Shown here in pieces: positions 13,432-26,744 of a stretch of 64,000 bases of DNA (positions within the stretch are counted from its first letter, which is position 1; every line of letters starts with the position of its first letter). The notes under the pieces were generated by a model. It searched no databases, was not told where the DNA came from, and saw nothing but the letters and a program-made list of their open reading frames with translations. The translations under genes were made by a program, and so were the position numbers. The DNA is from Phoronis australis. Lineage: Eukaryota; Animalia; Phoronida. The DNA is taken from contig NMRA01000082.1 in assembly GCA_002633005.1 (NCBI GenBank), positions 907,988 to 971,987 of the forward strand, read 5' to 3'.

Positions 13432-15069
13432 GTAAGTAAAAATTCACACGCGCCGGTCTGTATCATCAATTTCGCTGATGTACATGTACGCCAGGTACCC
13501 ATGTGGCAACTCTCCCGGCCTTAAGTCTCGCTCAATGCCTCTGACTTACCTGACGAAAAACCCCTGGTAAAGGTCGAATCCAGGATTTTGAGTTAGAGAG
13601 GGAAGGTAGGGCAGAGTAGGTCTATTAGCCAAGATTTTGCCTGTCATATATTCGCACCTCAGAATTGCCAAATGGAATGCGAGAGAATTTTGCCCTCTCC
13701 CTGCCCCCTAATTACGCCAGTGCAGGTCCTAGTTTTTTATTTAAAACTCTTGTCAATACACTGCCTTTTTGGTCAATAGGATATATGGTCATCTCTCATT
13801 CCAATGTGACTACGAACAAAAGCTTTTTGCAGCTAGGCTCTCCTGGCTTTGGTCCACGAATTTTGGCAACTGCCCTCACAAATGTATGAATTTGCGAAAA
13901 CACCCAGCCGCTCGAGATGAACTTTCGCGTCTGTGTTGCAAGGTCATCGGCTATCAAGATATTTGTTGCTGCTGGGAAGGCTAAAATTGTGAAGACCGGT
14001 GTTCTTGCGCCCACATATATGCCGTCATCTTGTCTGGGTGGCTTGGGTCCTCCGCTGCTGTTTTTGCTATGCCCCAGAAACGGTCTTCATAAAAGATGAT
14101 TGATGTTTTCGTGCAGTAGCTGTCGACGGGTGAATACAACTTCTGCTGTGTCACCATTTGACAAGTTCATCAGTTTTGCGCAGTTATTTCTATATCTACC
14201 GAGCCAATTGACGGAATTTTATGAAATTAGAAAATAGGTTGCAACTGAGATGACGAAGACAGGTTACCAATGTTGGGTGCATTAAAATTCACTGCTTGCA
14301 TGATCGTTGCTGACCTCACGGCATGTCGAGTTGTCTTCCATATTGTAACGTGTAAGAAGGCACTGTACAGTTCTTACTGGGTTGTGTCTGGCTGTAAGTA
14401 TACACGTCACTGAACTTGCTTCCTTTCTCTCACCCTGTCGAAAACTTGGTGGGAACGTCGGAGACGCCTGCATAGCAATACCCTAAGGCAAGATTTTCTT
14501 GAAGTTAAATATAAATAAAATCTTTATTTTACGTCAAACCCTGAGTTTAAGGAAAATCATTTGGAAAACACTTCAGAGAACACTTTAATTATGGACCTAT
14601 GGCTGAGTTCCGTAAAGCACGTTTCTAGAGAGAAAAGCGGCATGAACGAAGACCACGCATAATCACGCCAGTGTAAAGTGCATTTTTAATTCAGGACCTT
14701 GCGTGCATGCGCTAGGAAAGTGACGGCCACTGAAATGAGTAGGCGGCGATGCTGGGATGATACACGATTTGCGCCCCGTGAGCCAAGTTTTCTCTGTGCA
14801 GGTGTCTCATGAGTGTTTTGCGGTTGCCGCGGATGGCATCCTAAATTTTTGCCCGTTGCCTGAGCAAAGATTGCTTACGCCTTGCCTTAATCCATGGACT
14901 CAAAGGTATGCACCGAATTTGATCATGTCGCGAACGGATTGTGGTGAAACCGCTAAGGTATACTAGCACCTGGTAAACCAAGCTTTTGAAATGTAAAATT
15001 ACATTGTGAAGCCTCACAGGCTTTGCACATGATTGCAGTGAGTAACCTATGTATTTAAACCGTTTTCAG

Positions 15070-15213
15070 TTGAAGCCTGCGAGAAACCTAACGTCTACGG
15101 AGAAGATTGCGGATCTGAGTGTCGGTGCATGACCCCGGATCACTGCGACAGTTTCACCGGAAGCTGTAGGGGTGTTTGCCCACCGCGACTGGAGGGAGAC
15201 AAGTGTGACGTGC
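15070..15213 (+). CDS. EGF-like repeat receptor exon D'
   Basis: ttttcag|TTGAA ... GTGC|gtaagt; 144 nt, paralog of exon D. Confidence 0.88.
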
Positions 15214-17203
15214 GTAAGTTTGACCACCTTCCTGTGTTATAATAATATAGGTTAAAGTGTAAAGTTCTTCACTCTCTGCGGCTCTTTCAGGTCTGATTAA
15301 CTTAAGTTGTCTATTAATAGGCCATGGGCCACCCGGAGTACTGACATTGGACGACTGTCTCTCAGAAATGTTCAATATGTGCTTTTGTGTGAGCTTCGAG
15401 CAATGAGATTTAGCCAAAAGACGGTTGAAAACCATGGTTTCAGGCTAGGAGTCTGAAAGGCATACTTGAGGTGGTTCTTAGTCTGGTTTTGCGTGTGTTG
15501 TTAACTCTTGTTTAAGCCTGTTAGCACAGGAGCATCCGGTAGGGAACTTTTGACGCAATATTAATCCATTTCGAGAATCACTTGAATTGCTGTTCTGGTT
15601 AAAGTTCGCTCATACGCCGATATGAACCCTCTGGAGGATAACTTAAGACTTTGAAAATACCTGGAGTGTTTCAGATGGCTATTAACATTAGCTCCAGTCT
15701 TTCTTCATGTAACCATGTCAGGGGGCAACTTCAATTTCTTTTGTGGCTTGACACAACCACAAGCATTTGACAATTCACCCTGCACATTTATGTAAGAAAT
15801 AAAAGTTGTATGCCCTCCTAACAAAACGCTTGAGACAGATGAGACGCTGTTTAGTAACCTCTTCAGCCAGTGCATGCATAAGGTCGGAAGTTGTGAAGGT
15901 GCGCAGCTAATTGTCTTCCTCCATCTCTGTTGATGCGTGTGTATGCTGCATGTTAATCCAGGTGCTAATAGGTCACCGTGTGCAAGTTTTTGGAGAAAAC
16001 ACTCTATTTTGTCATATACACATTTTGAAGTGCTTTAACGATCCAAAACAACAATTTGACATCATTAACCATAATTTGCGTAGTTTTAATTAGGTCATGA
16101 TTTCCATAAAGTACCTGCTAGCAAATTGTGTGATCAAGCAGTTTTTCCTTTTCTTTTCTTCAGTTCGGGAGAATGTGTTGGTCATAGGTCTCTCGAGGCA
16201 TTGGAATAACAAAAAATTCTTTCCTTAGAGAGGAATTAGTTGGATGCAGACGTTTCAGCCTGGTCCGCCGATGAATGAGGGGTTTTCCGCCTTTTGCATC
16301 GATTCCAATTATCTTCATGAAGTTTAGCGATTCTCTTGAGGAATGCACATGAAGTTTAGCGATTCTCTTGAGGAATGCACAACAGATGTTCATTTTCGAG
16401 CAGTGAGAACCACTGTGCTGTCCCCTAGTGGTATTATTTTTGCCTGAATAGTGATTCCCTTCATTTACAACTTGCCATTGCGCCTGCCGTAGTATGTACG
16501 GTGGTTCTTCTGTGGATCTTCGTGAAATTTAGACTACATGTGTAGAACAAGAAGGGCGGATACGTTTGAAAATATGAACAATAGTTACGCCTGTACGATG
16601 CACATGACAGGCTCATATCAACAAAGCGCTTTGCTCTCGTTCAAAGCATGCGCAACGGTTTGTAACCAATAGTCATGATGGCGGCATTCTCAGTGTCCTG
16701 ATGAGATCCGACTGTGAAATAGCCGCGATGGCATAACGGTCGACTAATTAATAAAGTAGGATACACCAAACGGAAATTTATCAATGATTTAGCTTTTTCT
16801 AACTAAAGTATCTGAAGAATATTTGTTAAGGTACCGTGCATGTTTCTGAGCGTTTGTTTTACATCTTTTAACTCCACCCTCCGTTCTGTGTTCTTTTCTG
16901 TTGCATGCGGGAGGAATATATGAGCGCTTGTGTCCATGAGAAATGTATATTGTCCAGTGTTGTGTAGATCTTTTCTTTTTCCAAGCTTGGATGCTGGGAA
17001 CTGCTCTTATACAATAAATGTGTTCAATGGTTTGTAAATGTAAATAAAAAATGATTCCATTCCAATGCAGTGCTATTTCTTATTGCATTTTTCACTTCTA
17101 GTTTGAACAGGACAACACAGGCCGGTGTAGCTATGAGCTTGCTTTGATTGCGTAAAAAAGCATCGAAGTTGTAACAATGAAATGCAATCGTCTTGTGTTC
17201 CAG

Positions 17204-17350
17204 CAACGGGTTGTACCTTGCCAGGCACTTTCGGCGAGAAGTGTGAGCACAAGTGCCACTGCAAGCAGTCCACGTGCGATGATGAAACCGGAAGCTGCAA
17301 GGATCATGGCGGCTGCACCGAATTCTTCTCTGGCGACAACTGCTCCACGT
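17204..17350 (+). CDS. EGF-like repeat receptor exon F, last EGF-like repeat (TGCTLPGTFGEKCEHKCHC...GDNCST)
   Basis: gtgttccag|CAACG ... ACGT|gtacgt; 147 nt, phase 1-1. Confidence 0.85.
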
Positions 17351-17774
17351 GTACGTAAACATTAATAAAAGTATAGCTTGAACAAACGGCCTACTTTGAG
17401 GTCTACCATAAAAACGGAAACCTGTTTGCTAATCCAGTGAGATTTAACAAAGGCACTGATAAGCAGTAAAAGACAAAACCATCATAAAACAGCCGGTAGA
17501 TGGCGCCTTCAAGTGACTGAATTAATTCCATGAATATTGCAGGGTTGTTTGTGCACAGAAACTTTCGAACAATTCATGGAAGCTAGGTTTTATTCCTCTG
17601 ATCTCGGCGTCCTTGGCGAGCCGGTGCCGGGTAGGTCGAATGAGTAACAAAATTGGGGTTGAAATGGCAGTAATTATAATAACGTTGTTTTTCTTGGTTT
17701 CAAGGGCTTACTAACGCGTGTGTTACGGGAGTGTCCTTCATAGCTTGATGAAATGTAGACCTGATGTGTTTCAG

Positions 17775-17813
17775 TTAAAATTCCTGAGCAGAACATTGGA
17801 TCAGATAGTCAAC
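17775..17813 (+). CDS. 39-nt stalk micro-exon (KIPEQNIGSDSQ) of the EGF-like receptor
   Basis: gtgtttcag|TTAAA ... CAAC|gtaagt; symmetric phase 1-1 with no stop, between the last EGF exon and the TM exon. Confidence 0.65.
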
Positions 17814-18537
17814 GTAAGTAATTTTTAGTCATCGTGTGTCATCAACATTGTTTTCAAATTAATCAGACATGTTGTTGTAACACTATTAGTTTTGGCCAAA
17901 TTGAAAGCAAGAACTGGGAAACAAATGACGTTACAGTGCACCATGGAAACGACGTTTCGATAGTAGACAACCATAATCCTCAAGTGAGCATTCTGTTAAG
18001 GTATTCCGTTGTTCTGTTCTATTTTTGTGCTTGATGGTGGTATTTGCCTAATATCGAAACGTCGCTTTCGTGGTGCACTCTGTCGTCAATCTTGCCATCC
18101 ACTTCTTTCAATTTGTTATAAAAAGAACATGCATTTTATTGTCGCGCCTCTCGGAGGTCAAAAATGTTTCAAGTTTAGACAAAGCAAATTCTAGGTGGAA
18201 TGTGTGATAGTGAAATATGAAACAAAAATTGCTCCTACATACTGTGAATATTAGTCTAGAAGACCAGTGTTGAGACAAATTGACGTTATGGGTTGTGTTT
18301 GTTGTCGCCATCAACACAGCGGGCTTTTCAATTAGATTGTGCGTTAGGACTATCGGGCATTACCCCAAGCGCTATTTTGTATTGACATCCGCTATGTACT
18401 GATCGTACTTATTTTAATCCCGGCACTATCAACCGGTGCATTGTCAGACAAGTGCTTAGGACCTTTGTCGTTAAATCCGTTCAAATAACACGTGGCCTTC
18501 GTTCTGTTGATGCGAGAAACGTTTGGACACTGAAGAC

Positions 18538-18744
18538 CATGCGCGCACCCTTGGCTTCAATATAGCGAGCAGACTGAAAGAAAAACGGGAGAAAAAAAAC
18601 GGGAGCACCACTGTGAAGTGAGCGTTTGCGATTATTTAGTGGACTTTTGTCCCATTTTCTCGGACTTATTGTCTCCAGGGGCGGACCTTTTTGCCCACTT
18701 TGTCAAATGAGCCCCCCGAGCCCCCTCCCCTGGGTGCGCTCATG
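18538..18744 (+). mobile_element. MITE-like element, family A (TIR CATGCGCGCACCC)
   Basis: Terminal inverted repeats catgcgcgcaccc / gggtgcgctcatg; flanks aagac/gagac. Internal gtggacttttgtc...ggcggaccttt is shared with 23495-23848 and 38984-39202. Confidence 0.65.
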
Positions 18745-18825
18745 GAGACCACGCAAGTCTCCGCTTAGCATATCGATCACACTAGATCCCGTCCATTAGC
18801 ATTGACAACCAATTCATTGTTACAG

Positions 18826-19178
18826 ACCTTGATCAGACTGACAAAGAAGCGGAAATGGCAGAAAAGGAGAACAAGATTACTATAGCCGTAGGCGGCATCT
18901 GCGCTCTGGTCGTTGTTTGCTGCATATCTCTTGTCATCTTTATTTATGTGGCGAAAACTCATAAAAGTCAATTAGACCTGGAGTTGGTCGATGATGACGA
19001 GGAACCGGAGAACGACGATGACGATCAACTGAAAACGCGGCCGCAGAGCAAAACTGGTTCCGTGGAAGAATCAAATATGGAAAACACCAGCATGACCAGT
19101 GCACAGGTTGATACACCCACAGAAACACCTTCTATCCAAAGTGCTTCGTATTCGTTCCACGCAGAAGACAAGCAATAA
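18826..19178 (+). CDS. Terminal exon of the EGF-like receptor: transmembrane helix and acidic Ser/Thr-rich cytoplasmic tail
   Basis: ttgttacag|ACCTT in phase 1, in frame with ITIAVGGICALVVVCCISLVIFIYVA (TM) followed by KTHK; stop TAA ends at 19178. Confidence 0.85.
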
Positions 19179-22100
19179 CTTGATCAAATATTTATCCGAT
19201 TATATCGTTGTCACTGGAAATCTGTTCCTCGCCCCGTAGTTATCTATCCCATGAGCTCAGTGAGCATATCAGTTGATGACAACAGCGTATTTATTTAGCA
19301 CCAGGGGTCGTGGTCACTCAAATGACGGACGGAGGCAACCGTTTTACTGCAAATCTAAACCAGCGTTGAACCCTTACCTTAACGCCAAATCGCATTTGGC
19401 GGACTGGCAAAAATCTGAGGTCGCTAAACCGAATCTGAGACCGTATGAAATCTCAGGTTACTGCATGATCCGGCGTAAAAATCGTCGACAAAAAAGGTCG
19501 TAGGGTTGTTATCCGTGTCCCGTTCTGTTCCCACGCGTCCAATTTCCCACCCGTAAATATACATTCATTCTCAAATTCCATTCAGAGCCTCACGCCAACG
19601 AAAAAAAAGCATAGAACTCGGACGACCGCATACACGGGCGGCGCTTACTTTACTGAACTTGCCGATTTGTCCTGACCAATTTCGACTTGTCTGTTTCTGT
19701 TGTATTTGATGTGTGCCACTGCTGTGGTTAATGCACATCCTTTCACGAAATAAATGGAATAGTTGTGAATCAAAGGTAATGAATCTAAGAAAATTAATAG
19801 TATGTTTGGAAGTCAACGCGAACTTTGAAACGAATTGGGGGAATCGTTGTGTGACGTTCCCCTCGTAGTGGCGCCGTGGCGACTGATCACATTTTTCCCA
19901 GGTCGCCAAACAGCATCTTAGGTCGCATTGGTGACCTGCTGGATGCCTCTGCCAACAATTTTTAATTTCATTTCTTTTAATATTGTACTTGCGCTGTCTG
20001 TTTTATGAGGAGATTAACACGAACGCGAAAATTACTATCTATATGTTTAAGAAACGCTTACAATACCAAAAACAAATTTTCCTTCGTCATTAAGAACCAC
20101 GAGCAAATTTAAAGATGCTATGGCTCATTACAACCGTGAATACTTAGTTTTGTAGCAAGCGTCACCCATAGTGAGTTCCTGGAGAACTGTGTGTACAAGT
20201 GCAATCAAGAAACGAAACAAATTGTAAATATATTGCTGTTTTAGAGAAAACGACACAACTGGTACAAGTTTTATATAAAAACTTCTAGCAATTTCAGATA
20301 TTATGCAATCGTTAATTGATAATGAAATAGACAAATGATAAAAACTGCGTCTTGTTTCATCTGGGTAACCATGGGTAACGACGACGCTGTGGAGTTTCCC
20401 ACTGATTCTCTTGTCGTCCTGAGAAATGTGGACGAGAAGTGTGTGCTGATACCTAAAATTTGCACTTAGAGACACAGAGAGAAGTGATGTTGAATATTGT
20501 CCAAGGTGACGGCAAAACGAAATTGAATCATGCCTTCTTTGTTCTCTTAGCCGGCATCGCGTCTTCGTTCCTATGGTGAAAATTTACCATTCTCATTTAC
20601 ATAAGAACAGTCTTGCAAAGCGACTTTCGCGAAAGTGTAATAGTAATTCGTTCTTGGGTGGTTTCAGGCACACTAGAGGACCCGCGGTTGTTTGTAAAAA
20701 TTAGTACTTCATTTGCATTTTCACAATGCATCTTTAATCTGCCAGTTGGCAAAAACTGCCGTACCCCCACTCCAGATTCGGAAACTATGAAAAAATTCGG
20801 GCAAAACAAAATAATTATCGTGACAGCGCAGCATCCAGCGGAAAAACACAAGAAAACGTTACAAAAATAAAAAAATCACATATTTCTGTAAGTACAACTG
20901 CATCAAGGAATGCCGCACTCATTCAGTTATATTAACCGGAGAATAAGTGAACATAAGCTTGAAGATTACAACTGTTGATAGTGTTATTGATATTTTGGCC
21001 CAAATAATCGCTCAAGAACAATATTCCTGTTAATTGTAAAGAAGTAATTGTTTATGAAGCGTGGGATTTTCATAAGTTGCTAGATGTTTACTAGACCGTC
21101 TGGCGAGATTTGATACTGAAAGACTATTTGCAAATTTTGCGACGGATGGATTTCACGATCTTCAAAGTATAGGCTTCCCAAACGAGTTTCTCTGGTTTTA
21201 AAAGGTGAATCCGTAACGACTGGAATGCACCACTGAGATTTTGCGTTACCACGTCCATTTTCGCTCCCGTGAGAAAGCTTCATTTCCATGAACCACCCCG
21301 GGTTGTATGTCCATGATCCGGCATGTTCGCATGTTCTCTAAACATGCAGAAATCTAGATGAGCTGACTCAACACCTAGGATAAGAGTCCCTTGCTTTCTC
21401 ATTTACACGATTATACGTCTACGAAAATGGACTAAAAGCAATGACTCGTAAGTGACAAGTATAGGACCTATTTAGGACTGTTTCATCCAACCGGCCACTG
21501 GTGCCCGGGACGTGCTGTATCTTGATAACCACGTGTGGTTCTTTGTGGCGCGTCTTAGGGCGCAGGTCTTGTGATTTGTTCCGTAGGACATCCCTGTTAG
21601 TCACTTAGGCTGATAGATGTATAAATGTGCGTTACCTTAGGTGAAGGCACATGCACACTGAATAGATGGGTCAGGGCAAAGTACAACCAACTCCCGTTTA
21701 TTCGGTATTGCAGACAAAACCCGGCCGTTTCAAAGGCCCAATAGCAATCGTTCTTTTGCTAAACGTCAGGCTCAATCTTTTGTCCGATGTCACGATGCAA
21801 ACGCAAATCATGTGCCACGGTGAATGAATACATTAATGTGAACACACATCAACACCTGTCGAGAAAAAAACAACATCACACTGTTCTGCTCGACCCTTTT
21901 CAGGAGGAATTCAATTTCAGAAGACAAACATGTTAAAACTGAAATTACCAGTTTCTGTCCTTAACATTTAATTTTTTTTTTCAGCCAGTATTTTAGTGCC
22001 TCGAAGACATCGCTGAATGCCATAACCAGGGGAGGATTTAGGGTGGCAAGGGACCATGGCCTGGATCCACCCTTTATAACTGCCCTCTGGCAACACAATA

Positions 22101-23494
22101 AGAGCTTAGGTCAAAAATCGTGATCCCATGGGGCCACGGTGACACCGGTTTTGCCAGTTATTTTAGGTTGATATAGAGAAGCTTTGCCACCACTGAACGG
22201 CCCGGTTTCCTAATGGAATCCGTCACAAACGGCGTTGATGTGATCTCTGCTCAATCTTGGAGATGCATTGTTCCGGGATCTTTTTTTCCCATTGTTTCGG
22301 GTTAATTACTGTTAACCTGGCCAACAATAGCTATCCATGTAACAACAGAATGTGACGTGAATGCCCATCCAAATTCCTGCATACTGGTTCTACATTTATT
22401 TTCATTGAACAAATGCCCTATCCCTTAGATTTCCGGCATTCAAAGAAAATTGCTTTCGCAGTATATCCAGAATCTCATTCACTCCCTGCATACACTCTTC
22501 AGTAAATGAAAGCTGAAAGGAGTAGGATCGAGAGGACACCTTTGTGCAATGTTTAATTGCCAGTAAACCCAGGATTTGAGTCCGGGTATCCCAAACGGGA
22601 GTCCGGAGTTCGATCAAACCACCGAGCAGCACTGTATCGACTCGGAGATAGTGCCCCCTTCTGCGACGACGTCATATCTCCTAGCGCGCAGTGTTAAAAA
22701 TGATCAGTTGCCGATTTGGGCAGCTGAATACGAAGGGCGTTTCGAAAAAAGTTTGTTTACGGGAGCACTTGGAACATGAGACGAATCCTACGCTAACATT
22801 CGGGGTTTTATTACCCTGACGCCTCAGCGAAGTCGACCGTCAATAACAACCCATGCTAATGGATTTGCAAGTTAAAGTTATATTTGCATGCATGCTCTTG
22901 CTAATGTAGGACAAGAACTCGATGGCAATGCTATAATTTGAACATCTACGCTAAACAAAGTACAGTGTGTTCATGGACAACTTGTAAATGCAAAAATCAA
23001 AAAATTCTGCAACTAGGTGAACTTTGCCGGAATGACGTACCTTGAGGGCTCATGCATTAGGCGTTTCCCCAACACCAGTAGTCAAATACTTTACTGGATA
23101 CGATTGAGTGATTTACGGCGGATCAATTTGGACACAAAATTCGTTCTTATTTGGCAATTTTGAACGTACTTCATACTTCACATCATCGCTAAATGTTGTG
23201 TTTCTAGCTAATTTGACCAACCAATCACAGAGATAAGGTGTGCAAGTTCCACTTTAATACTGATCGTTATACTGACGCGATGCGGTGAGAAAATCTCATT
23301 CGTTAATTTCTCTTGACTGCTGCTATTTTTTTAATTTTAAAAACAGTCGTGTTCGTCCGCTTTGCCTTATAGGCCTACTTATAGTTCGTTTTTTTACTTT
23401 GAACTCGTACGCTAAACAGGCGTGTCAGTCCCAGTGGTTTACGACAGCAGTTACATGTATTTCCTCACTTCAATCCCGTGACGGCGCCATCAAG

Positions 23495-23848
23495 CATGCG
23501 CGCGCACCCACAAGGGGGAGGGGGGCTAGAATTCTTCGTTATGCAAACCTTTTGCTGAAAAAAAAAATCAACGAGGACTAAAAAAAAAAAAACGGGGATG
23601 CCAGTTTCTTGTGGACTTTTGTCTTGTTTACTCAAACTTTTTGTTTAACTGAGGCGGACCTTTCCCCAATTCGCCAATGGGGGCTCCGATCGGCGTGAGC
23701 CCTCCTGCTCCCATGAATTGTGTGTTGCGCCTTCTTAGTGGACTTTTGTCTCGTTTTCTCGGACTTTTTGTTTCTCTGAGGCGGACCTTTTCAGTGCCCA
23801 CTTCTCCAAATGGCGAGCCCCCGGCCCCCGCCCCGGGGTGCGCGCATG
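23495..23848 (+). mobile_element. MITE-like element, family A, with an internally duplicated core
   Basis: catgcgcgcgcaccc ... ggggtgcgcgcatg termini; two copies of the gtggacttttgtc...gaggcggaccttt core. Confidence 0.6.
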
Positions 23849-25029
23849 TTTAAAGCCTGTGCGAATCCTGTTATAGCGTAAGATTTGCCTTATTAGTGAA
23901 GCAATTAAAGACATCGACGGCTTCTGAAAGGTGTCCCTCTATGTGCAAAAGGTACTTAAAACAACGTGACTTTGATGCTTTCAGGAGTGGATCCAGGATT
24001 TTGACTGACATAACGCGAAGTTGTCGTGAGGACTCGATTGGGACCTCAGGGGTCTCACGCTCCACCGGCTAAGTTGAAAAGGCTTTGTCCAGTCACGCGT
24101 TGTGGGTCATAAATCGAGATAATGATACCAACAGCTGACGCGACAAGCAGAACTACTTTCTTTTACTTCATTTGTGCACTAACTGGAGAAATTTAGAATT
24201 AGACTTTTAAACACTATCCGATCGTCAACTTTTTTCGGNCCCCCCCCCCCCCTAAATCCGCCACTGGCTTTAATCAGTGTGAGGCATAATTCACCGAAAA
24301 GCTTCCATCGGGTGTGGGGTCTTCACCGTCCCGACGGTGGCGCTAGTACACCCTGACGGCGGTGTCGGCCGTTGTTTTAGAAGCTGAATCCGAAACAAGA
24401 TACAGGCTTAATTTTCAGTTGCCAGACCGTTTAGGTTACTTTAATTGTACCATGGTTGTTAAATGAACAGTAAATAACAATGGAAACTGTCTCCACAAGA
24501 ACTTGAAACTACCAGGCTCTCGTTCCAATGTAGGGAAAACCGGAAGTTAGTTAATTACAAGACGTCTATGGGTTAACAGCCTCGCTTTGGATTTGTAGAC
24601 TAGCGTGGAAGTTTAGGAAAAAATAGTAGTAAATCAGTTGTTACAGCAAGCTCGACCAGTGCAGTCCTACATGTAGCTGTTTTTGAAGTCAGAAGACCAG
24701 AATATGCAGGTGAGCCCCCGACCCTCTCAAGCCGGAGCTGGCCAGAAGGGGTCGATCTGGTGAAGAACAAAGTAAATAGTTCATGACATTAATTTGAGCA
24801 TGCACATGACCAGGATCAGGATGGCATCACGCTCGTTGACAAGGAGTTTCTTTTGCTGTTATAAAGAAAGGCAGCCTTCGCAAAGATACACAAAACTACT
24901 CGGTCGGAAGGGTGTTACTGCTACAAATGTGTCCCTTTCACTTATGTCTTTACTTAAAGTTGTATTTTTAATGGTGAGTCTCGAAAGACGGACAGGGTCG
25001 GACCTACAGGACTATAATGAAACTACTCT

Positions 25030-25185
25030 CAGGGTCGGATCCAGGACTTTGAGTTAGGGGGACCAGGGCAGGGTGTTAGCCAGCATTTAGCTGTCGGACA
25101 TTTGCACCCATGGACTGCCACGTGGAATCTGGGAAAACTTAGTGGGTGAGGCATGGCCCCCTTGCCCCACCTAAATCCTCCACTG
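25030..25185 (+). mobile_element. Short GC-rich-terminus non-autonomous element (caggg..ggatccagga ... ctaaatcc.ccactg); related copies at about 13570-13722, 22027-22073 and 23982-24266
   Basis: Recurrent ggatccaggattttga / cctaaatccgccactg ends forming imperfect terminal inverted repeats. Confidence 0.45.
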
Positions 25186-26744
25186 TTGTCAGTCAATGAC
25201 ACATTTGACTGCTGACTGAGACCTGTACCTGCCTTAATTGCATCAACTGCTTTGCTTCACATGTAGGGCAAAGTAATTACATCATCGCCTTGTAATGCCT
25301 CAGGTATACAGAGGCCCTAGTACCCCCCCAAAAAAAGTTACTCCTATCTCAAAATACAGCGAATAATATCTAATGTAACTTGCATACACACACGTGGTGT
25401 TGTAATTAACATAAACCACTCTATTACGCGACATAATTTGAATACATGCGTGAAACTTTGTCACGGATCACTCGAGGTTCCTTAACTACTGTGTGCCATT
25501 TTGCGGAAGTTACGTGAAGTCACACCTGCAGTGATGAACAAGAAGTTCAAGGGACAAAAATTGTACAAATTCCAATAGAGAACTTTCCATTTTGAAAGTG
25601 TCACGCGCAAGGTCACGCGATTCGCTCAGACTCTCGCTACTTCTCACTTTTAAACAAGTGGCCGCCAGTTGGAACTCTTCGCCAATCACCTTAATTCCTG
25701 TACAGTTTTCATCAAAGACATGTATAGAACCAGTAAGGGTCGCTGAAGAAAGTAAGCATTTTTTAAGTGATAAATCTAAGTGTTTTAATGTATTTTTGAC
25801 GAGGTGAAAACCAATTGTTCGGTGAATGGAGTTGGCCACGGCTGGGATCCTACAGAAGGTGATAAGGAGTATTGTAGACTCTCCAGCTGAGGAGTTGCAT
25901 GTCGGTTAGGATAGCACTCACTGTTCCTGTGCATTACAAAAATCTCTGAACAAATACTTGAACTTATTTTATTTTCGTACAAGAAAATTTGCTCAACCTC
26001 AAAACATACAGGTAGCAACTGCACTTTTAGAAACACTGGAGTCACTAGTTCTTAATGTTTCACTTTAACGCCCCACACACTAGACTGCCCTTATAAGTGA
26101 GGTCAAGCCGCAACAGAAGCTCCGAAAATCAGAATAATTAAATCGACTTACGTAGGTAAACCTTCAGTAGAGGCTTTCAATAAACTTCCCTCGGTCCATT
26201 TGTATCACAAGAACTATGGACCCTAACTTAACAAATATATTTTTAAAAACGAAGTGTGTTGCCCTAAAGCATGACCCCAAACATTTTTCAAACTGATGTT
26301 GTCTGACTAGATGAGACTCCACTCAACAACCATCAATGCAACTACGTAAAGTAAGACGAGCCGGTGTATACCCTCAGAAATAAGTGCCAACTAACTGGAA
26401 GATTATGTGGCAGTATGTTTTCCCTCTTGTCAACACAATGGTGACGACACAACTGGTTGGCATCATAAAAGTTGACTTCCAGTGGATTCTATATGTTCTT
26501 TTCTGATCAACTTACCATTGAAGTTAACGTAAAGCATTAAGGCTTGGTCGGCAAAAATGAAAGTGACCAGTTTTACAACAAAATTGTAATATATGACTAA
26601 ACTACCCCTGATTGCACAATCCACTTTTTGCACTCTGTGACCTCATGTTAGACTTTCCAAATTTACACACGAAACCTCATGTCACAATATCTATGTACAA
26701 GAGTGTTGTAAAGTTACATTTTGAAGTCATGAAGTTACGGAAAC

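Noticed and set aside
16695-16725. CTGATGAG...GAAA hammerhead-like core in an EGF-gene intron
   Set aside because: No convincing stem II or stem I pairing.
24305-24715. GC-rich hairpin (caccgtc-cc-gacggtg), ETS site CCGGAAGT and a CAG|gtgagc donor suggesting an extra first exon
   Set aside because: No downstream coding exons found on the + strand before NDUFS7; cannot be supported from sequence alone.
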